32,000 nucleotides of DNA from NCBI RefSeq assembly GCF_000341395.1, contig NC_020304.1:3720001-3752000 (forward strand), written 5' to 3'. Both the position numbers and the translations under genes were made by a program. Under the pieces are notes generated by a model. The model was not told where the DNA came from. It worked only from the letters and a program-made list of their open reading frames with translations, and searched no databases. Origin of the DNA: Desulfocapsa sulfexigens DSM 10523. Its GTDB lineage: Bacteria > Desulfobacterota > Desulfobulbia > Desulfobulbales > Desulfocapsaceae. This document shows, in pieces, positions 1 through 9,989 of this stretch (position 1 is the stretch's first letter; the number at the start of each line of letters is the position of its first letter).

Positions 1-669
<669 letters not shown>

Positions 670-794
670 AACGTAATATAATGTTTTCCGGCTTCCCCAT
701 AAAAATAATTTTGAAGACATCTCTGCTGGCTGATTTCCAGTTTTCAGATTTACAATCATCAGTTCAAAGCTGTTTTATACATTAGAGACATCCC

Positions 795-3236
795 ATGAAG
801 TTTACCCTTGATTGGTTAAAAGAATACGTTGACACCGGAGACCTGAGTCCGGAAGCTCTCTCGGAACACCTTACCATGTTAGGTCTTGAGGTCGACAGTG
901 TCACCCCCCTGTTCCCTGAACTACAGCCATTAAAAACGGCTAGAATACTTTCAGTGCAACCTCATCCAAATGCTGACAAACTGCAAATTTGTGAAGTAGC
1001 AGCAGGCGACGAAACCTTATCGATTGTTTGCGGCGCCCCCAACGCCCGTAAAGATTTGGTCACTGCCCTGGCACCTGTCGGCACTGTGATGCCCGACGGA
1101 ACAAAGATCAAGGCTTCTAAAGTTCGTGGTGTGAAATCCTCAGGCATGCTCTGTTCCGAAAAAGAGCTTGGATTAGGGGATTCTCACTCTGGTATTATGG
1201 AATTGCCAGCTGATACTGAACATGGCCTTTCCTTACTTGCCGCCCTTGGCATGGACGATCTGCTGGTTGAAGTCGACCTGACCCCGAATCGCCCCGATTG
1301 TGCTTCGGTTATCGGAATAGCAAGGGAGGTGGCTGGTATTACGAGAAATCAGCTCAAACTACCAGTGGAATCGGCAACGCTCAATCACTCCAATGAACAC
1401 TTTTCAGTTGATATTGAAAGTTCTGATTACAGTCCCCGCTATGCCGCAAAACTCATCAAAAATGTTACCATTGCTCCTTCTCCATGGTGGCTTCGCAAGC
1501 GTCTTCTATCCGTTGGGATGCGCCCTATTAACAACGTGGTAGATATTACAAATCTTGTCATGATGGAATACGGACAGCCACTCCATGCCTTTGATTATGA
1601 CAAGCTTTCAGGCAGACAGATTATTGTCCGTCATCCCAAAAATCAGGAAAAAACATTTACCACTCTCGATGGCCAGCAAAGAACACTTGAACCTGACATG
1701 CTCATGATCTGTGACGCCCAAGAGCCCATAGCAATAGCCGGTATCATGGGTGGAATGAATTCAGAAGTGAGTGACAGCACCACCTCAATCCTTCTGGAAA
1801 GCGCCTGTTTTAATGCCATATCCGTTCGTCGTACTGCCCGCAGACTTAAACTTGCCACGGAGGCATCCTATCGTTTTGAACGTGGGGTTGATCCAGGTGG
1901 CTGTGTTACTGCCATGGAACGAGCAGTCTCCCTCTTTTGTGAAGTAGCGGGAGGTAAGGCAGTTGATGGAGGCATCGATTATTACGGAGGCGTCTGTCCA
2001 CTCAACTCATTAAAACTGCGCATTTCAAAGACATCATCACTTCTAGGCATTAAACTTGACTATGACAGGATAGCCGATGTGCTCCAGTCCATAGGCATTC
2101 GCTGTAAGCCTAAAGACGCAGACACCATCTGGGTCAACCCTCCTACCTTCAGAATAGATATCGAACGTGAAGTTGATCTGATTGAAGAGGTAGCACGGCT
2201 TATTGGCTATAACAATATTCCAACCAGCCTGCCAACCGTCAAACTCAGTTACCCAGAACAGAATTCTCAACGACAGCTTCGAGCTCAAATTTCAAATCTG
2301 CTCGCTGATATAGGATTTTCAGAGGCAATTAACTACAGCTTTGTCACTGAAAAACATATCTCCATGATGCAGCTCACAGCTGAAGATAGCAGACGAGCGC
2401 AAGTCAGACTGCTCAATCCATTAAGTGAAGAACAGTCTGTTATGCGTACGATGGTTCTCCCCGGACTCCTTGAGAACCTGAAGCGAAACATCAACTTTCA
2501 AAACAATGCTGTCAAACTTTTTGAATTTGGAAAAGTGTTCACTCCTCAGGGTAAAAATGAACAGCCCATTGAAAAAGAACGGCTCACCTGTATTCTGTCT
2601 GGAAGGCGTTCCGGTCAGACAGCCTCATTGTACAGCAGCGAAGACGGAGTCGATATCTTTGATGCCAAAGGTACAACAGAGCTCCTTCTTGAAAAAATTC
2701 GTCTTCACGGCTGTGGCTCAAACAGTGTCACACTTCGTACCCCTGAAGAGTCAGAACTGGAATCCTACGCTGATCCTTCACAGTGTCTTATATTGGATTC
2801 TGAGAATGGACCTGTAGGCAAACTCGCAAGACTTCTACCTGAAATCGCCAAACACTTTGGCATTAAACAGGATATATTCTTCATTGATATTGACTTTGAG
2901 ATGCTTTGCAGTTTAAAAGCTGCAGCTAAAAACTTTTCATCATTACCTGTTTTTCCTTCTGTTAAAAGAGACATCGCTCTTCTTGTACCGGTTTCTGTCA
3001 GGGCAGGCGACCTTCTTGACACCATACGTGAGAGCAAGGAAGATTTTATTGAACATTGTGAAATTTTCGACGTATACCAAGGAAAACCACTTGATGCTGG
3101 AATGAAAAGTGTTGCTGTCTCTGTGACCTACCGCTCACCGAAAAAGACACTGACAGAGAAAAATGTTAATAAATCACATACCAAAATTATTAATTCACTG
3201 ACCTCCAGATTCAATGGAAGTTTGAGAGAAGGTTGA
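795..3236 (+). CDS. pheT: Phenylalanine--tRNA ligase beta subunit
   Basis: 813-aa ORF with an N-terminal tRNA-binding OB region (..HPNADKLQICEV..GVKSSGMLCSEKELG..), B3/4 and B5 regions and a C-terminal FDX-ACB-like end (FDVYQGKPL). It lies directly downstream of pheS. Confidence 0.95.
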   Translation: MKFTLDWLKEYVDTGDLSPEALSEHLTMLGLEVDSVTPLFPELQPLKTARILSVQPHPNADKLQICEVAAGDETLSIVCGAPNARKDLVTALAPVGTVMPDGTKIKASKVRGVKSSGMLCSEKELGLGDSHSGIMELPADTEHGLSLLAALGMDDLLVEVDLTPNRPDCASVIGIAREVAGITRNQLKLPVESATLNHSNEHFSVDIESSDYSPRYAAKLIKNVTIAPSPWWLRKRLLSVGMRPINNVVDITNLVMMEYGQPLHAFDYDKLSGRQIIVRHPKNQEKTFTTLDGQQRTLEPDMLMICDAQEPIAIAGIMGGMNSEVSDSTTSILLESACFNAISVRRTARRLKLATEASYRFERGVDPGGCVTAMERAVSLFCEVAGGKAVDGGIDYYGGVCPLNSLKLRISKTSSLLGIKLDYDRIADVLQSIGIRCKPKDADTIWVNPPTFRIDIEREVDLIEEVARLIGYNNIPTSLPTVKLSYPEQNSQRQLRAQISNLLADIGFSEAINYSFVTEKHISMMQLTAEDSRRAQVRLLNPLSEEQSVMRTMVLPGLLENLKRNINFQNNAVKLFEFGKVFTPQGKNEQPIEKERLTCILSGRRSGQTASLYSSEDGVDIFDAKGTTELLLEKIRLHGCGSNSVTLRTPEESELESYADPSQCLILDSENGPVGKLARLLPEIAKHFGIKQDIFFIDIDFEMLCSLKAAAKNFSSLPVFPSVKRDIALLVPVSVRAGDLLDTIRESKEDFIEHCEIFDVYQGKPLDAGMKSVAVSVTYRSPKKTLTEKNVNKSHTKIINSLTSRFNGSLREG

Positions 3237-3237
3237 T

Positions 3238-3528
3238 ATGAACAAAGGTAATCTTACCCGCAAGGAACTGGCTGAAGCACTTACTACCCAACTTGGATAC
3301 TCCCAGAGCACCTGTTCAGAGTTGATTGATGCATTTCTGGATAGAATGAAGGACAGACTACTCGAGGGTGAGTCAATTAAGTTCGTCCATTTTGGCACAT
3401 TCAATGTTCGGGACAAGCAACCACGTCGTGGGCGTAACCCACGAACAGGTGAGACTATTACTATCAAACAGAGACAAATGATCTCTTTTCGTCCCAGTAA
3501 AAAGATGCGGGAACAGGTTAACGAATAA
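3238..3528 (+). CDS. ihfA: Integration host factor alpha subunit / HU-family DNA-binding protein
   Basis: 96 aa. The segment ..FGTFNVRDKQPRRGRNPRTGETITIKQRQMISFRPSKKM.. matches the IHF/HU beta-arm signature (R-x-G-R-N-P-x-T-G). The position after pheT is as in the pheST-ihfA arrangement. The start codon overlaps the pheT stop region. Confidence 0.85.
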   Translation: MNKGNLTRKELAEALTTQLGYSQSTCSELIDAFLDRMKDRLLEGESIKFVHFGTFNVRDKQPRRGRNPRTGETITIKQRQMISFRPSKKMREQVNE

Positions 3529-3556
3529 TTTATTCTATGGGAGAATCAGTACCTGA

Positions 3557-3904
3557 ATGAGCCCAGAAATCCCCGACAAGCTTTATTTCAAAATCGGTGA
3601 AGTCAGTAAACTCGCCTCTGTGGCTCCCCATGTTCTCAGATACTGGGAAAGCGAATTTAAAGAAATACAACCTAAACGCGCCAACTCAAATCAACGGCTA
3701 TACAAACGCAATGATGTTGAAATTATTCTGTTGATTAAGACCCTTCTTCACGAACAGGGCTACACCCTGGCAGGGGCAAAAAAATTTCTTTCAGAAAAGA
3801 GTGAAGCCCCATTTGTTGCAAAGGTAACACATGCAACAAACCACCTTGAAACAATAAAGAAAGAGCTCCTGGTCGTTAAAAATATTTTACAGGAAAAAGA
3901 GTAG
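3557..3904 (+). CDS. MerR-family transcriptional regulator
   Basis: 115 aa with an N-terminal MerR-type HTH (YFKIGEVSKLASVAPHVLRYWESEF..QRLYKRNDV). Confidence 0.8.
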   Translation: MSPEIPDKLYFKIGEVSKLASVAPHVLRYWESEFKEIQPKRANSNQRLYKRNDVEIILLIKTLLHEQGYTLAGAKKFLSEKSEAPFVAKVTHATNHLETIKKELLVVKNILQEKE

Positions 3905-3932
3905 CAAAGCCACATTCACTGTCGACCATTTA

Positions 3933-3961
3933 TTGACAGCCTCTTTCCTCCGTGGTAGAAA
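3933..3961 (+). promoter_or_regulatory. Sigma-70-type promoter candidate for tRNA-Pro (TTGACA-17 nt-TAGAAA)
   Basis: Perfect -35 TTGACA at 3933-3938, a 17-nt spacer, then TAGAAA at 3956-3961, ending 11 nt upstream of the mature tRNA 5' end. Confidence 0.4.
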
Positions 3962-3972
3962 GTATCGAATTT

Positions 3973-4049
3973 CGGAACGTAGCGCAGCCTGGTAGCGCAC
4001 TTGTCTGGGGGACAAGTGGTCGGAGGTTCAAATCCTCTCGTTCCGACCA
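3973..4049 (+). tRNA. tRNA-Pro (anticodon GGG), CCA encoded
   Basis: The cloverleaf folds by hand. Acceptor CGGAACG/CGTTCCG, D stem GCGC/GCGC, anticodon stem CTTGT/ACAAG with loop CTGGGGG (anticodon GGG, G37), T stem GGAGG/CCTCT with loop TTCAAAT, discriminator A plus CCA. Confidence 0.9.
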
Positions 4050-4059
4050 GTCATATCAA

Positions 4060-4091
4060 CCACTTACAGGCTAACTGTAAGTGGTTTTTTT
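4060..4091 (+). terminator. Rho-independent terminator after tRNA-Pro
   Basis: Perfect 10-bp stem CCACTTACAG/CTGTAAGTGG (4060-4069 / 4075-4084), 5-nt loop GCTAA, followed by T7 (4085-4091). Confidence 0.8.
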
Positions 4092-4137
4092 GTTAGTAGC
4101 TTATTATGTTCAGACACACATAAAACAGGGAGCCACC

Positions 4138-4377
4138 ATGTTTTTTAGAGTTATTGCCTTTCTTGTTGGACTTATAGCTGTAATTTCGGGACTCCAGAAT
4201 TACGACAGTGACGTAGCTACCTCCCCTCTCCCGCTAATTCTTGGCGGTCTTGTGATGTTAATTGCAATATTCAACCTCATCCCTCAATTGAAACGATGCT
4301 CTTCCTGCCGAAAGAGACTCCCCAAGAAAGCGAAAACCTGTCCTTTCTGTAAGCAAGACCAGCCTCCACAGGAATAA
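4138..4377 (+). CDS. Small membrane protein with C-terminal zinc-ribbon (2 TM + CxxC..CxxC), hypothetical
   Basis: ATG at 4138 is preceded by AACAGGGAG. The GTG at 4081 offered by the ORF track lies inside the tRNA terminator stem and is unlikely. There are two hydrophobic segments, then CSSCRKRLPKKAKTCPFC. Confidence 0.5.
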   Translation: MFFRVIAFLVGLIAVISGLQNYDSDVATSPLPLILGGLVMLIAIFNLIPQLKRCSSCRKRLPKKAKTCPFCKQDQPPQE

Positions 4378-4595
4378 TCTCAGTTTCCAGCTGCCGTAAT
4401 TTTCAAGATACATAAAAAATGCCAGGTAGCTGTGAGGCACAGTCACTCAGTCGCTTCTGTGCTTTGCATGTCAGAAACAACTAAAACTGCTCATTTGCTA
4501 AACAATTTCTCACAGCTTACCGAAAAGAAAAAGAAAACCAAGCTTAGAGTGAGAATACCATGCAATCTGTAATTAGATTCAACAAAGAGTGATAG

Positions 4596-4901
4596 ATGCA
4601 ATTCTGTAAAGACTGCGGAGGGGTGCTCAATCTTTTTGGAAACAATACATCTGAACTCTGCTCGTCCTGTATCCAACATAAAAAAAAACCGGAAACTGCT
4701 CCCCCCACTCTTCAGCAGGATAATGACGATTTACTCGCTGAATGCATACTTACGGTGAAAAACGGTAAAATCATCCTCAGTTCTAAAGAAGGCTGGCAAC
4801 TATGGAGCGCCCCCCTGGACAGTCAGACAAATCTGGGTTCAATGCTTAAATCAGCAAAGCTTATATATGGCATTCGCAGTAATCGTAAAAAGAAACCATA
4901 G
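4596..4901 (+). CDS. Hypothetical protein with N-terminal zinc-ribbon (CKDC..CSSC)
   Basis: 101-aa ORF with MQFCKDCGGVLNLFGNNTSELCSSC at the N-terminus. It has the same orientation as the flanking genes. I recognise no family. Confidence 0.45.
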   Translation: MQFCKDCGGVLNLFGNNTSELCSSCIQHKKKPETAPPTLQQDNDDLLAECILTVKNGKIILSSKEGWQLWSAPLDSQTNLGSMLKSAKLIYGIRSNRKKKP

Positions 4902-4940
4902 AAGTTTAACAAATTTCGTAACCAACCAACAACCAGATAT

Positions 4941-5846
4941 ATGACAGTCACCATTTCCATAGGCTCCGGAAAAGGAGGTACCGGCAAGACGATGCTTCTC
5001 TGCAATCTTGCATTCCTCCTCGCCAGAAGTGGAAAGAAGGTGTGTCTCGTTGATCTTGACATCGGTGGTGCCGATGCCCACATCCTTTTCGGCCTCTTTG
5101 AACCTAAACACACCATTACGGATTTCCTGAATCGTAAGGTTGACACACTTAAAGATGTCGTTCATACCCTGTATGCCTTTAATGGTCTCCAGATCATCCC
5201 CGGAACCGGCAACACCCTGCAAACAGCAAATATGAGTTATCAGGAAAAGCAGCGCCTCCTGCGTAGCATATCTGCTCTTGATGCAGATGTTGTTCTTCTG
5301 GATGTTGGTGCTGGAGCAAGCTACCACACCCTCGATTTTTTCATGTCTGGCGATATACAAATCTGTGTTACTCTACCAGAACCAACCTCGATAATGGATT
5401 TCTATAGTTTTCTGCAATTGGCGACCATCCGCAAGGTACTCGGAAGCTTTCTCTCTCACAGCGATGTTGGAAATACTTTAAAAAAACAAAACTTTTCTTC
5501 ACTGGCTGAAGTTTTTGCACTTGCAGAATCAACACAACCCGGGGCAAAAAAAAAGGCCCAGCAGGCATTGCATTACTTTCATCCCTTGCTGGTTATTAAC
5601 AGGGATATTCAAAACACCAAGGTAAACAAGAAAAAACTCAAACAATTGGTGGCCAAATATCTTGGAATCGATATCCCTTCACTCGGTGAAATCCCCGAAG
5701 ACACCGCAATCAAGGATGCATTGAAGGCATATATCCCCGTATGTGAGCTTTACCCAGATTCTCCTGCAGCTAAGGCAATTGCACAAATAGCAGCTAAAAT
5801 AGAAAAAATCCTTGAGCTATTTTCAAAAACAAGCTCCTCTACCTGA
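4941..5846 (+). CDS. MinD/ParA/FlhG-superfamily P-loop ATPase (orphan)
   Basis: Deviant Walker A GSGKGGTGKT near the N-terminus, then VDLDIGGADAHILFG and LLDVGAG (Walker B-like). Length is 301 aa. Confidence 0.8.
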   Translation: MTVTISIGSGKGGTGKTMLLCNLAFLLARSGKKVCLVDLDIGGADAHILFGLFEPKHTITDFLNRKVDTLKDVVHTLYAFNGLQIIPGTGNTLQTANMSYQEKQRLLRSISALDADVVLLDVGAGASYHTLDFFMSGDIQICVTLPEPTSIMDFYSFLQLATIRKVLGSFLSHSDVGNTLKKQNFSSLAEVFALAESTQPGAKKKAQQALHYFHPLLVINRDIQNTKVNKKKLKQLVAKYLGIDIPSLGEIPEDTAIKDALKAYIPVCELYPDSPAAKAIAQIAAKIEKILELFSKTSSST

Positions 5847-6043
5847 ACCTGACAATCCATTCAGCAACATGCACAACCCGGAAATTCATTCCAAATATCT
5901 ATTTTTTTTGACTCAACTCCGTTCGCAGCTTGACAGAATATTTTTTATTAAGTATTTTTCTTTGTTTTTCTATCATGTTTTCAGCTACTCCATTCCAAAA
6001 GAAAACGGAATGAGTCACCTGAAAGACTAATAAAATACTTTTA

Positions 6044-6070
6044 TTGGTAATATTTTCGATCTATTACCAA
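6044..6070 (+). repeat. 9-bp perfect inverted repeat (TTGGTAATA-9 nt-TATTACCAA) in the ffh leader
   Basis: Read directly from the sequence. It lies 29 nt upstream of the ffh ATG and could be an operator or a 5'-UTR hairpin. Confidence 0.3.
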
Positions 6071-6098
6071 CTAAACAACGGCAAGTAAAAAAACTGAT

Positions 6099-7451
6099 AT
6101 GTTTGACAATCTGACAGACCGGCTGGAAGGTGTTTTCAAAAAACTTCGTGGCACCGGCAAACTCACTGAAGAGAATATCAAAGAATCCATGCAGGAAGTA
6201 CGTATGGCTCTTCTTGAGGCAGATGTTAACTTTCAAGTCGTTAAGGATTTCATTGCCAAAGTCAGTGAAAAGGCCGTTGGCCTTGAAGTTACCAAGACAC
6301 TCTCCCCTGGACAACAGGTTATTAAAATTGTCCACGATGAGCTGGTTGAACTTCTTGGCGGTACAACCGAACAGATTCGTCTTGATGGTCGCCAACCCGT
6401 AACCATCATGATGACAGGTCTTCAAGGATCTGGTAAGACCACCACATCCGGAAAACTTGCAAAGATATTAAAAGAAAAAGGAAGAAAGCCTTATCTTGTG
6501 CCGGCTGACATTTATCGACCAGCGGCAATTGACCAGCTTCAGGTGTTAGGAGAACGACTGGATATTCCTGTTCATCCGTCAACCACCGATATGAAACCGG
6601 TTGAGATCTGTCGTCAGGCAATGACCGTGGCAGGACAGAAAGGTTATGACACCCTTATATTCGATACTGCAGGTCGACTGCACGTTGATGAAGCCCTGAT
6701 GGGTGAACTCAAAGAGATCCAGAGTGCAATCCAACTCTCCGAGATTCTCTTTGTTGCCGATTCGATGACAGGCCAGGATGCGGTAACTGTCGCCGAAAAG
6801 TTCAATCAGGATCTGGAAATAAGCGGTGTAGTGCTCACCAAGATGGAAGGTGACGCCCGTGGTGGTGCCGCCCTTTCCATTAAAAGTGTCACTGGTAAGC
6901 CGATCAAATTTGTGGGTATCGGGGAAGCACTTGATGCTCTGGAAGTTTTCCATCCCGATCGTATTGCTTCAAGAATCCTTGGTATGGGTGACGTTCTCAC
7001 TCTTATTGAGAAAGCTGAAGCTGTAGTTGACAAAAAGAAGGCTGAAAAGCTCGCTAAAAAGCTCAGGCAATCCACCTTTACCCTTGAAGATTTCCTGGAT
7101 CAAATCCAACAGATTAAAAAAATGGGTTCCCTTGACCAGATCATGGGGATGATACCAGGCATCAACAAGCTTAAGCAATTAAAAGACGCTCCAAAGCCGG
7201 ACGAGAAGGAACTGGCAAAGACTGAAGCCATCATCCGCTCCATGACAAAAAAAGAGCGTCAAAGTTATAAAATCATCAATGCCAGTCGCAGACAACGTAT
7301 TGCCGCTGGATCTGGAACAACTGTTACAGAAGTCAACCGGGTTATTAAAAGCTACTCGGCAATGCTTAAGATGATGAAAAAGATGCGTGGAAAGCCGGGT
7401 CTCGTAACCGGACAGAAGCGGAGAAAAGTGCCGAAGGGCATGCGAAGATAA
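6099..7451 (+). CDS. ffh: Signal recognition particle protein Ffh
   Basis: 450 aa. The N/G domain carries GLQGSGKTTT, DTAGR and TKMEGDARGG. The Met-rich M domain (..MGMIPGINKL..MLKMMKKM..) is present. It sits upstream of rpsP-rimM-trmD-rplS as in many bacteria. Confidence 0.95.
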   Translation: MFDNLTDRLEGVFKKLRGTGKLTEENIKESMQEVRMALLEADVNFQVVKDFIAKVSEKAVGLEVTKTLSPGQQVIKIVHDELVELLGGTTEQIRLDGRQPVTIMMTGLQGSGKTTTSGKLAKILKEKGRKPYLVPADIYRPAAIDQLQVLGERLDIPVHPSTTDMKPVEICRQAMTVAGQKGYDTLIFDTAGRLHVDEALMGELKEIQSAIQLSEILFVADSMTGQDAVTVAEKFNQDLEISGVVLTKMEGDARGGAALSIKSVTGKPIKFVGIGEALDALEVFHPDRIASRILGMGDVLTLIEKAEAVVDKKKAEKLAKKLRQSTFTLEDFLDQIQQIKKMGSLDQIMGMIPGINKLKQLKDAPKPDEKELAKTEAIIRSMTKKERQSYKIINASRRQRIAAGSGTTVTEVNRVIKSYSAMLKMMKKMRGKPGLVTGQKRRKVPKGMRR

Positions 7452-7528
7452 TAATAGAGAAGATGGCATAATGCCATATTCATGGGGCCAGCTTACGTGC
7501 TCCACATAAACCTGAGGATATATCCGGA

Positions 7529-7774
7529 ATGGCAGTTAGAATTCGTTTAACAAGACTTGGCAGAAAGAAGAAACCATTTTATCGTATCGTTGTCGCGGAT
7601 GCTGAATGCAAACGTGATGGCAAATTTCTTGATGTGATCGGAACCTATGATCCTCTCACGGATCCTGTCGCGATCAAACTTGACAATACCAAGCTTCAGG
7701 ATTGGCTCGGAAGAGGTGCCCTGCCAACAACAACTGTAAAGAGTATTCTCAAGAAAGCTCCAGTGGCCGAGTAA
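7529..7774 (+). CDS. rpsP: 30S ribosomal protein S16
   Basis: 81 aa with MAVRIRLTRLGRKKKPFYRIVVAD.. , the typical S16 N-terminus. GAGGA lies upstream. Confidence 0.95.
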   Translation: MAVRIRLTRLGRKKKPFYRIVVADAECKRDGKFLDVIGTYDPLTDPVAIKLDNTKLQDWLGRGALPTTTVKSILKKAPVAE

Positions 7775-7780
7775 CCGATT

Positions 7781-8011
7781 ATGCAGGAACTGATCTCCTT
7801 TATCGCCAGATCTCTGGTAGATAAGCCGGATGATGTACAGGTAACTGTCACTGAGGAAGATGATACTATTCTGGTTGATCTGGTTGTAGCCAAAGAGGAT
7901 CTTGGAAAGGTGATCGGAAAACAGGGCAGAACAGCGAGGGCTATGCGTTCCCTGCTTTCTGCTGCTGCAGGCAAGGAAGACAAAAAGTCACGCCTCAACA
8001 TTCTGGAATAA
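7781..8011 (+). CDS. KH-domain RNA-binding protein (UPF0109/YlqC-like)
   Basis: 76 aa. The motif ..DLGKVIGKQGRTARAMRSLL.. is the GxxG KH signature. It holds the conserved position between rpsP and rimM. Confidence 0.85.
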   Translation: MQELISFIARSLVDKPDDVQVTVTEEDDTILVDLVVAKEDLGKVIGKQGRTARAMRSLLSAAAGKEDKKSRLNILE

Positions 8012-8021
8012 CTCCTGGAAA

Positions 8022-8594
8022 ATGGCTGACAGCTTTCCCTTTGAAAAAGAGAAGTATGTGTTGATTGGTAAGGTAACTAAGGCTCATGGCATCAAGGGTG
8101 AGTTGAAGATGCATGCCTACTCCGGAGAATTGCAAAGCGTTACCCGGCACAAAAAACTCATACTGGTTTCAAGGGATGGTCTGATTACTCCTATGCAGGT
8201 TGTTCAGGCACGTATTGGGAACAGGGACGCAATTGTTTCACTTGAGGGAGTGTCTGACCGAAACCAATCCGAAGCACTTTGCGGTATGGGAGTACTTGTA
8301 TGCAAAGAAGATCTTCCAACCCCAGACGCCGATGAGTTTTATCTTCATGAGCTTGAGGGACTTGAGGTGCGGACAACGGAGGGAAGCATTGTTGGAACGG
8401 TAGAGGCCTTTTCCAACAACGGGGCACAGGATCTCCTGGTTGTAAAGTCAGGTAGAAATGAGGTGCTGATACCTCTTATTCCCGGAATGATCACGGAAAA
8501 GAATAAGAAGTACCTGATCATAGCCCCACCGCCAGGCCTGATTGAAATAAACTCGGGAGAGGATATTAAGGGGGCTGTTCCCCGTGATCTTTGA
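8022..8594 (+). CDS. rimM: 16S rRNA processing protein RimM
   Basis: 190 aa. The N-terminal ..[15 protein letters not shown].. is the RimM signature, followed by a PRC-barrel-like C-terminus. Synteny is rpsP-rimM-trmD. Confidence 0.9.
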   Translation: MADSFPFEKEKYVLIGKVTKAHGIKGELKMHAYSGELQSVTRHKKLILVSRDGLITPMQVVQARIGNRDAIVSLEGVSDRNQSEALCGMGVLVCKEDLPTPDADEFYLHELEGLEVRTTEGSIVGTVEAFSNNGAQDLLVVKSGRNEVLIPLIPGMITEKNKKYLIIAPPPGLIEINSGEDIKGAVPRDL

Positions 8595-9345
8595 TATACT
8601 GACAATTTTTCCTGATTTGCTTGAATCACCGCTGAATGAAGCAATTATTCGTCGGGCACGCGAAGCAGATCAGGTGCATATAGAAATAACTAATATTCGA
8701 GACTTTGCCACGGACAGACACTCCATGACCGATGACCGGCCATTTGGAGGTGGTGAAGGTATGGTGATGAAGCCAGAACCGCTCAGTGCTGCTCTTGCTT
8801 CGGTTAACCAGAAAAACGAATCAGGCAGGGTTGTACTCCTCAGTCCACAGGGCAGACAGTACACTCAGGAAATTGCCAGGGAACTCAGTCGCGAAAAGCA
8901 TCTTATCCTGGTTTGTGGCCGTTATGAAGGAGTGGATGAACGCTTCAGAAGTGCAAGTGTTGATGATGAACTCTCCATTGGTGACTATATTCTCACCGGA
9001 GGAGAACTTGCAGCCATGGTCATTATTGACTCCGTGACCAGATTGTTACCAGGTGTTTTAGGATGTGCTGATTCTGCCAAAAAAGATACCTTCAGCCGAC
9101 GATTATTGAAGCACCCTCAATACACACGGCCAAGAGTTTTTGAAGGTAGAGAAATTCCTGAAATATTGCTTTCAGGTGATCATGCCAAAATTGAAGAGTA
9201 TCGTTTTGTAGAGTCCGTTAAAAGGACTCTGGATCGCAGGCCTGATTTATTGCGAAAAGAGTTTGGATCATTCAGCAGGATAGAAGCAAAATTGCTTCGC
9301 AAACATCAGCTTTATGATATAATAAAAGCGTTGCAAGAACAATGA
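8584..9345 (+). CDS. trmD: tRNA (guanine37-N1)-methyltransferase TrmD
   Basis: GTG start overlaps the rimM end. Motifs: [13 protein letters not shown].., ..[13 protein letters not shown].., ..[21 protein letters not shown].. . Confidence 0.95.
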   Translation: MIFDILTIFPDLLESPLNEAIIRRAREADQVHIEITNIRDFATDRHSMTDDRPFGGGEGMVMKPEPLSAALASVNQKNESGRVVLLSPQGRQYTQEIARELSREKHLILVCGRYEGVDERFRSASVDDELSIGDYILTGGELAAMVIIDSVTRLLPGVLGCADSAKKDTFSRRLLKHPQYTRPRVFEGREIPEILLSGDHAKIEEYRFVESVKRTLDRRPDLLRKEFGSFSRIEAKLLRKHQLYDIIKALQEQ

Positions 9346-9908
9346 AGACAAACCAGAGCGGGTTAGACATTGTTCTTGTTCACCACCCCGTAGTCAATAA
9401 GGTTGGCGAGATTATCGGATCAGCCGTAACCAATCTCGATATCCATGATATTGCACGGGCTGGCAAAACATACGGTGTGGACAACTACTATATCGTCACA
9501 CCCTATGAGGACCAGCATAAACTGGTCGCTGAGATACTTGAACACTGGGATAGTGGTCATGGTGCGAAATACAACCCTGCTCGAAAGGAAGCCCTTGAAC
9601 TTGTCACCCTTGCTGACAGTCTTGAACGAGTGGTTGAAATGGTTACTGAAAAACGTGGCCATAAACCTCTACTGCTTTCGACAAGCGCCAGGACTCAGGA
9701 AAAGACGTTAAGTTATACAGATGTTCGTGCCAGGATCAGAGCGAAAGAATCCTTACTCCTTCTCTTTGGAACAGCGCATGGACTTGCCCCGGAGGTTATG
9801 GAGACAACAGATTACTGTATCCCTCCTGTTGGCGCGAATAGTGGCTACAATCATCTCTCTGTACGCTCGGCAGTATCGATCATACTTGATCGGCTCCTCG
9901 GTGTATGA
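9342..9908 (+). CDS. Predicted SPOUT-like RNA methyltransferase (Methyltrn_RNA_4-type; recalled family, unverified)
   Basis: 188-aa ORF whose ATG overlaps the trmD stop (ATGA). The C-terminal ..[18 protein letters not shown].. resembles the SPOUT knot motif. It sits between trmD and rplS. Confidence 0.55.
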   Translation: MKTNQSGLDIVLVHHPVVNKVGEIIGSAVTNLDIHDIARAGKTYGVDNYYIVTPYEDQHKLVAEILEHWDSGHGAKYNPARKEALELVTLADSLERVVEMVTEKRGHKPLLLSTSARTQEKTLSYTDVRARIRAKESLLLLFGTAHGLAPEVMETTDYCIPPVGANSGYNHLSVRSAVSIILDRLLGV

Positions 9909-9989
9909 AAGAAGGTTAATTTTATTTACATTACATATATGAGCAGCTGCATAAAGCAGCATCATTATTGATAAACAACGGAAAATATC

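Noticed and set aside
4081-4137. The GTG start at 4081 for the small membrane protein, as given in the ORF track.
   Set aside because: It would begin inside the 3' arm of the tRNA terminator hairpin. The ATG at 4138 with an upstream GGGAG is far more plausible.
4440-4470. Sigma-54-like GGCAC / TTGCA fragments upstream of the 4596 ORF.
   Set aside because: The GG and GC elements are not at the required spacing in either combination I tested.
3973-5846. tRNA-Pro as the attachment site of an integrated element carrying the Zn-ribbon/MinD genes.
   Set aside because: I saw no integrase, excisionase or transposase. I also saw no direct repeat of the tRNA 3' end downstream. The tRNA has its own clean promoter and terminator.
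5812-6030. A 72-aa ORF in the MinD-ffh intergenic region.
   Set aside because: It overlaps the end of the MinD-like gene, lies in AT-rich promoter-like DNA, has a low-complexity Phe/Ser/Tyr-rich product and no RBS. It is probably non-coding.
7463-7477. Small palindrome ATGGCA-TAA-TGCCAT just after the ffh stop.
   Set aside because: It is only 6 bp with a 3-nt loop and no T-run. It is too small to call a terminator or operator with any confidence.
7529-8011. rpsP and the KH-protein gene share a frame with only two codons between them, raising the question of read-through.
   Set aside because: The stop is TAA and both products are complete, well-known separate proteins. The KH gene has its own ATG. 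There is nothing to suggest recoding.
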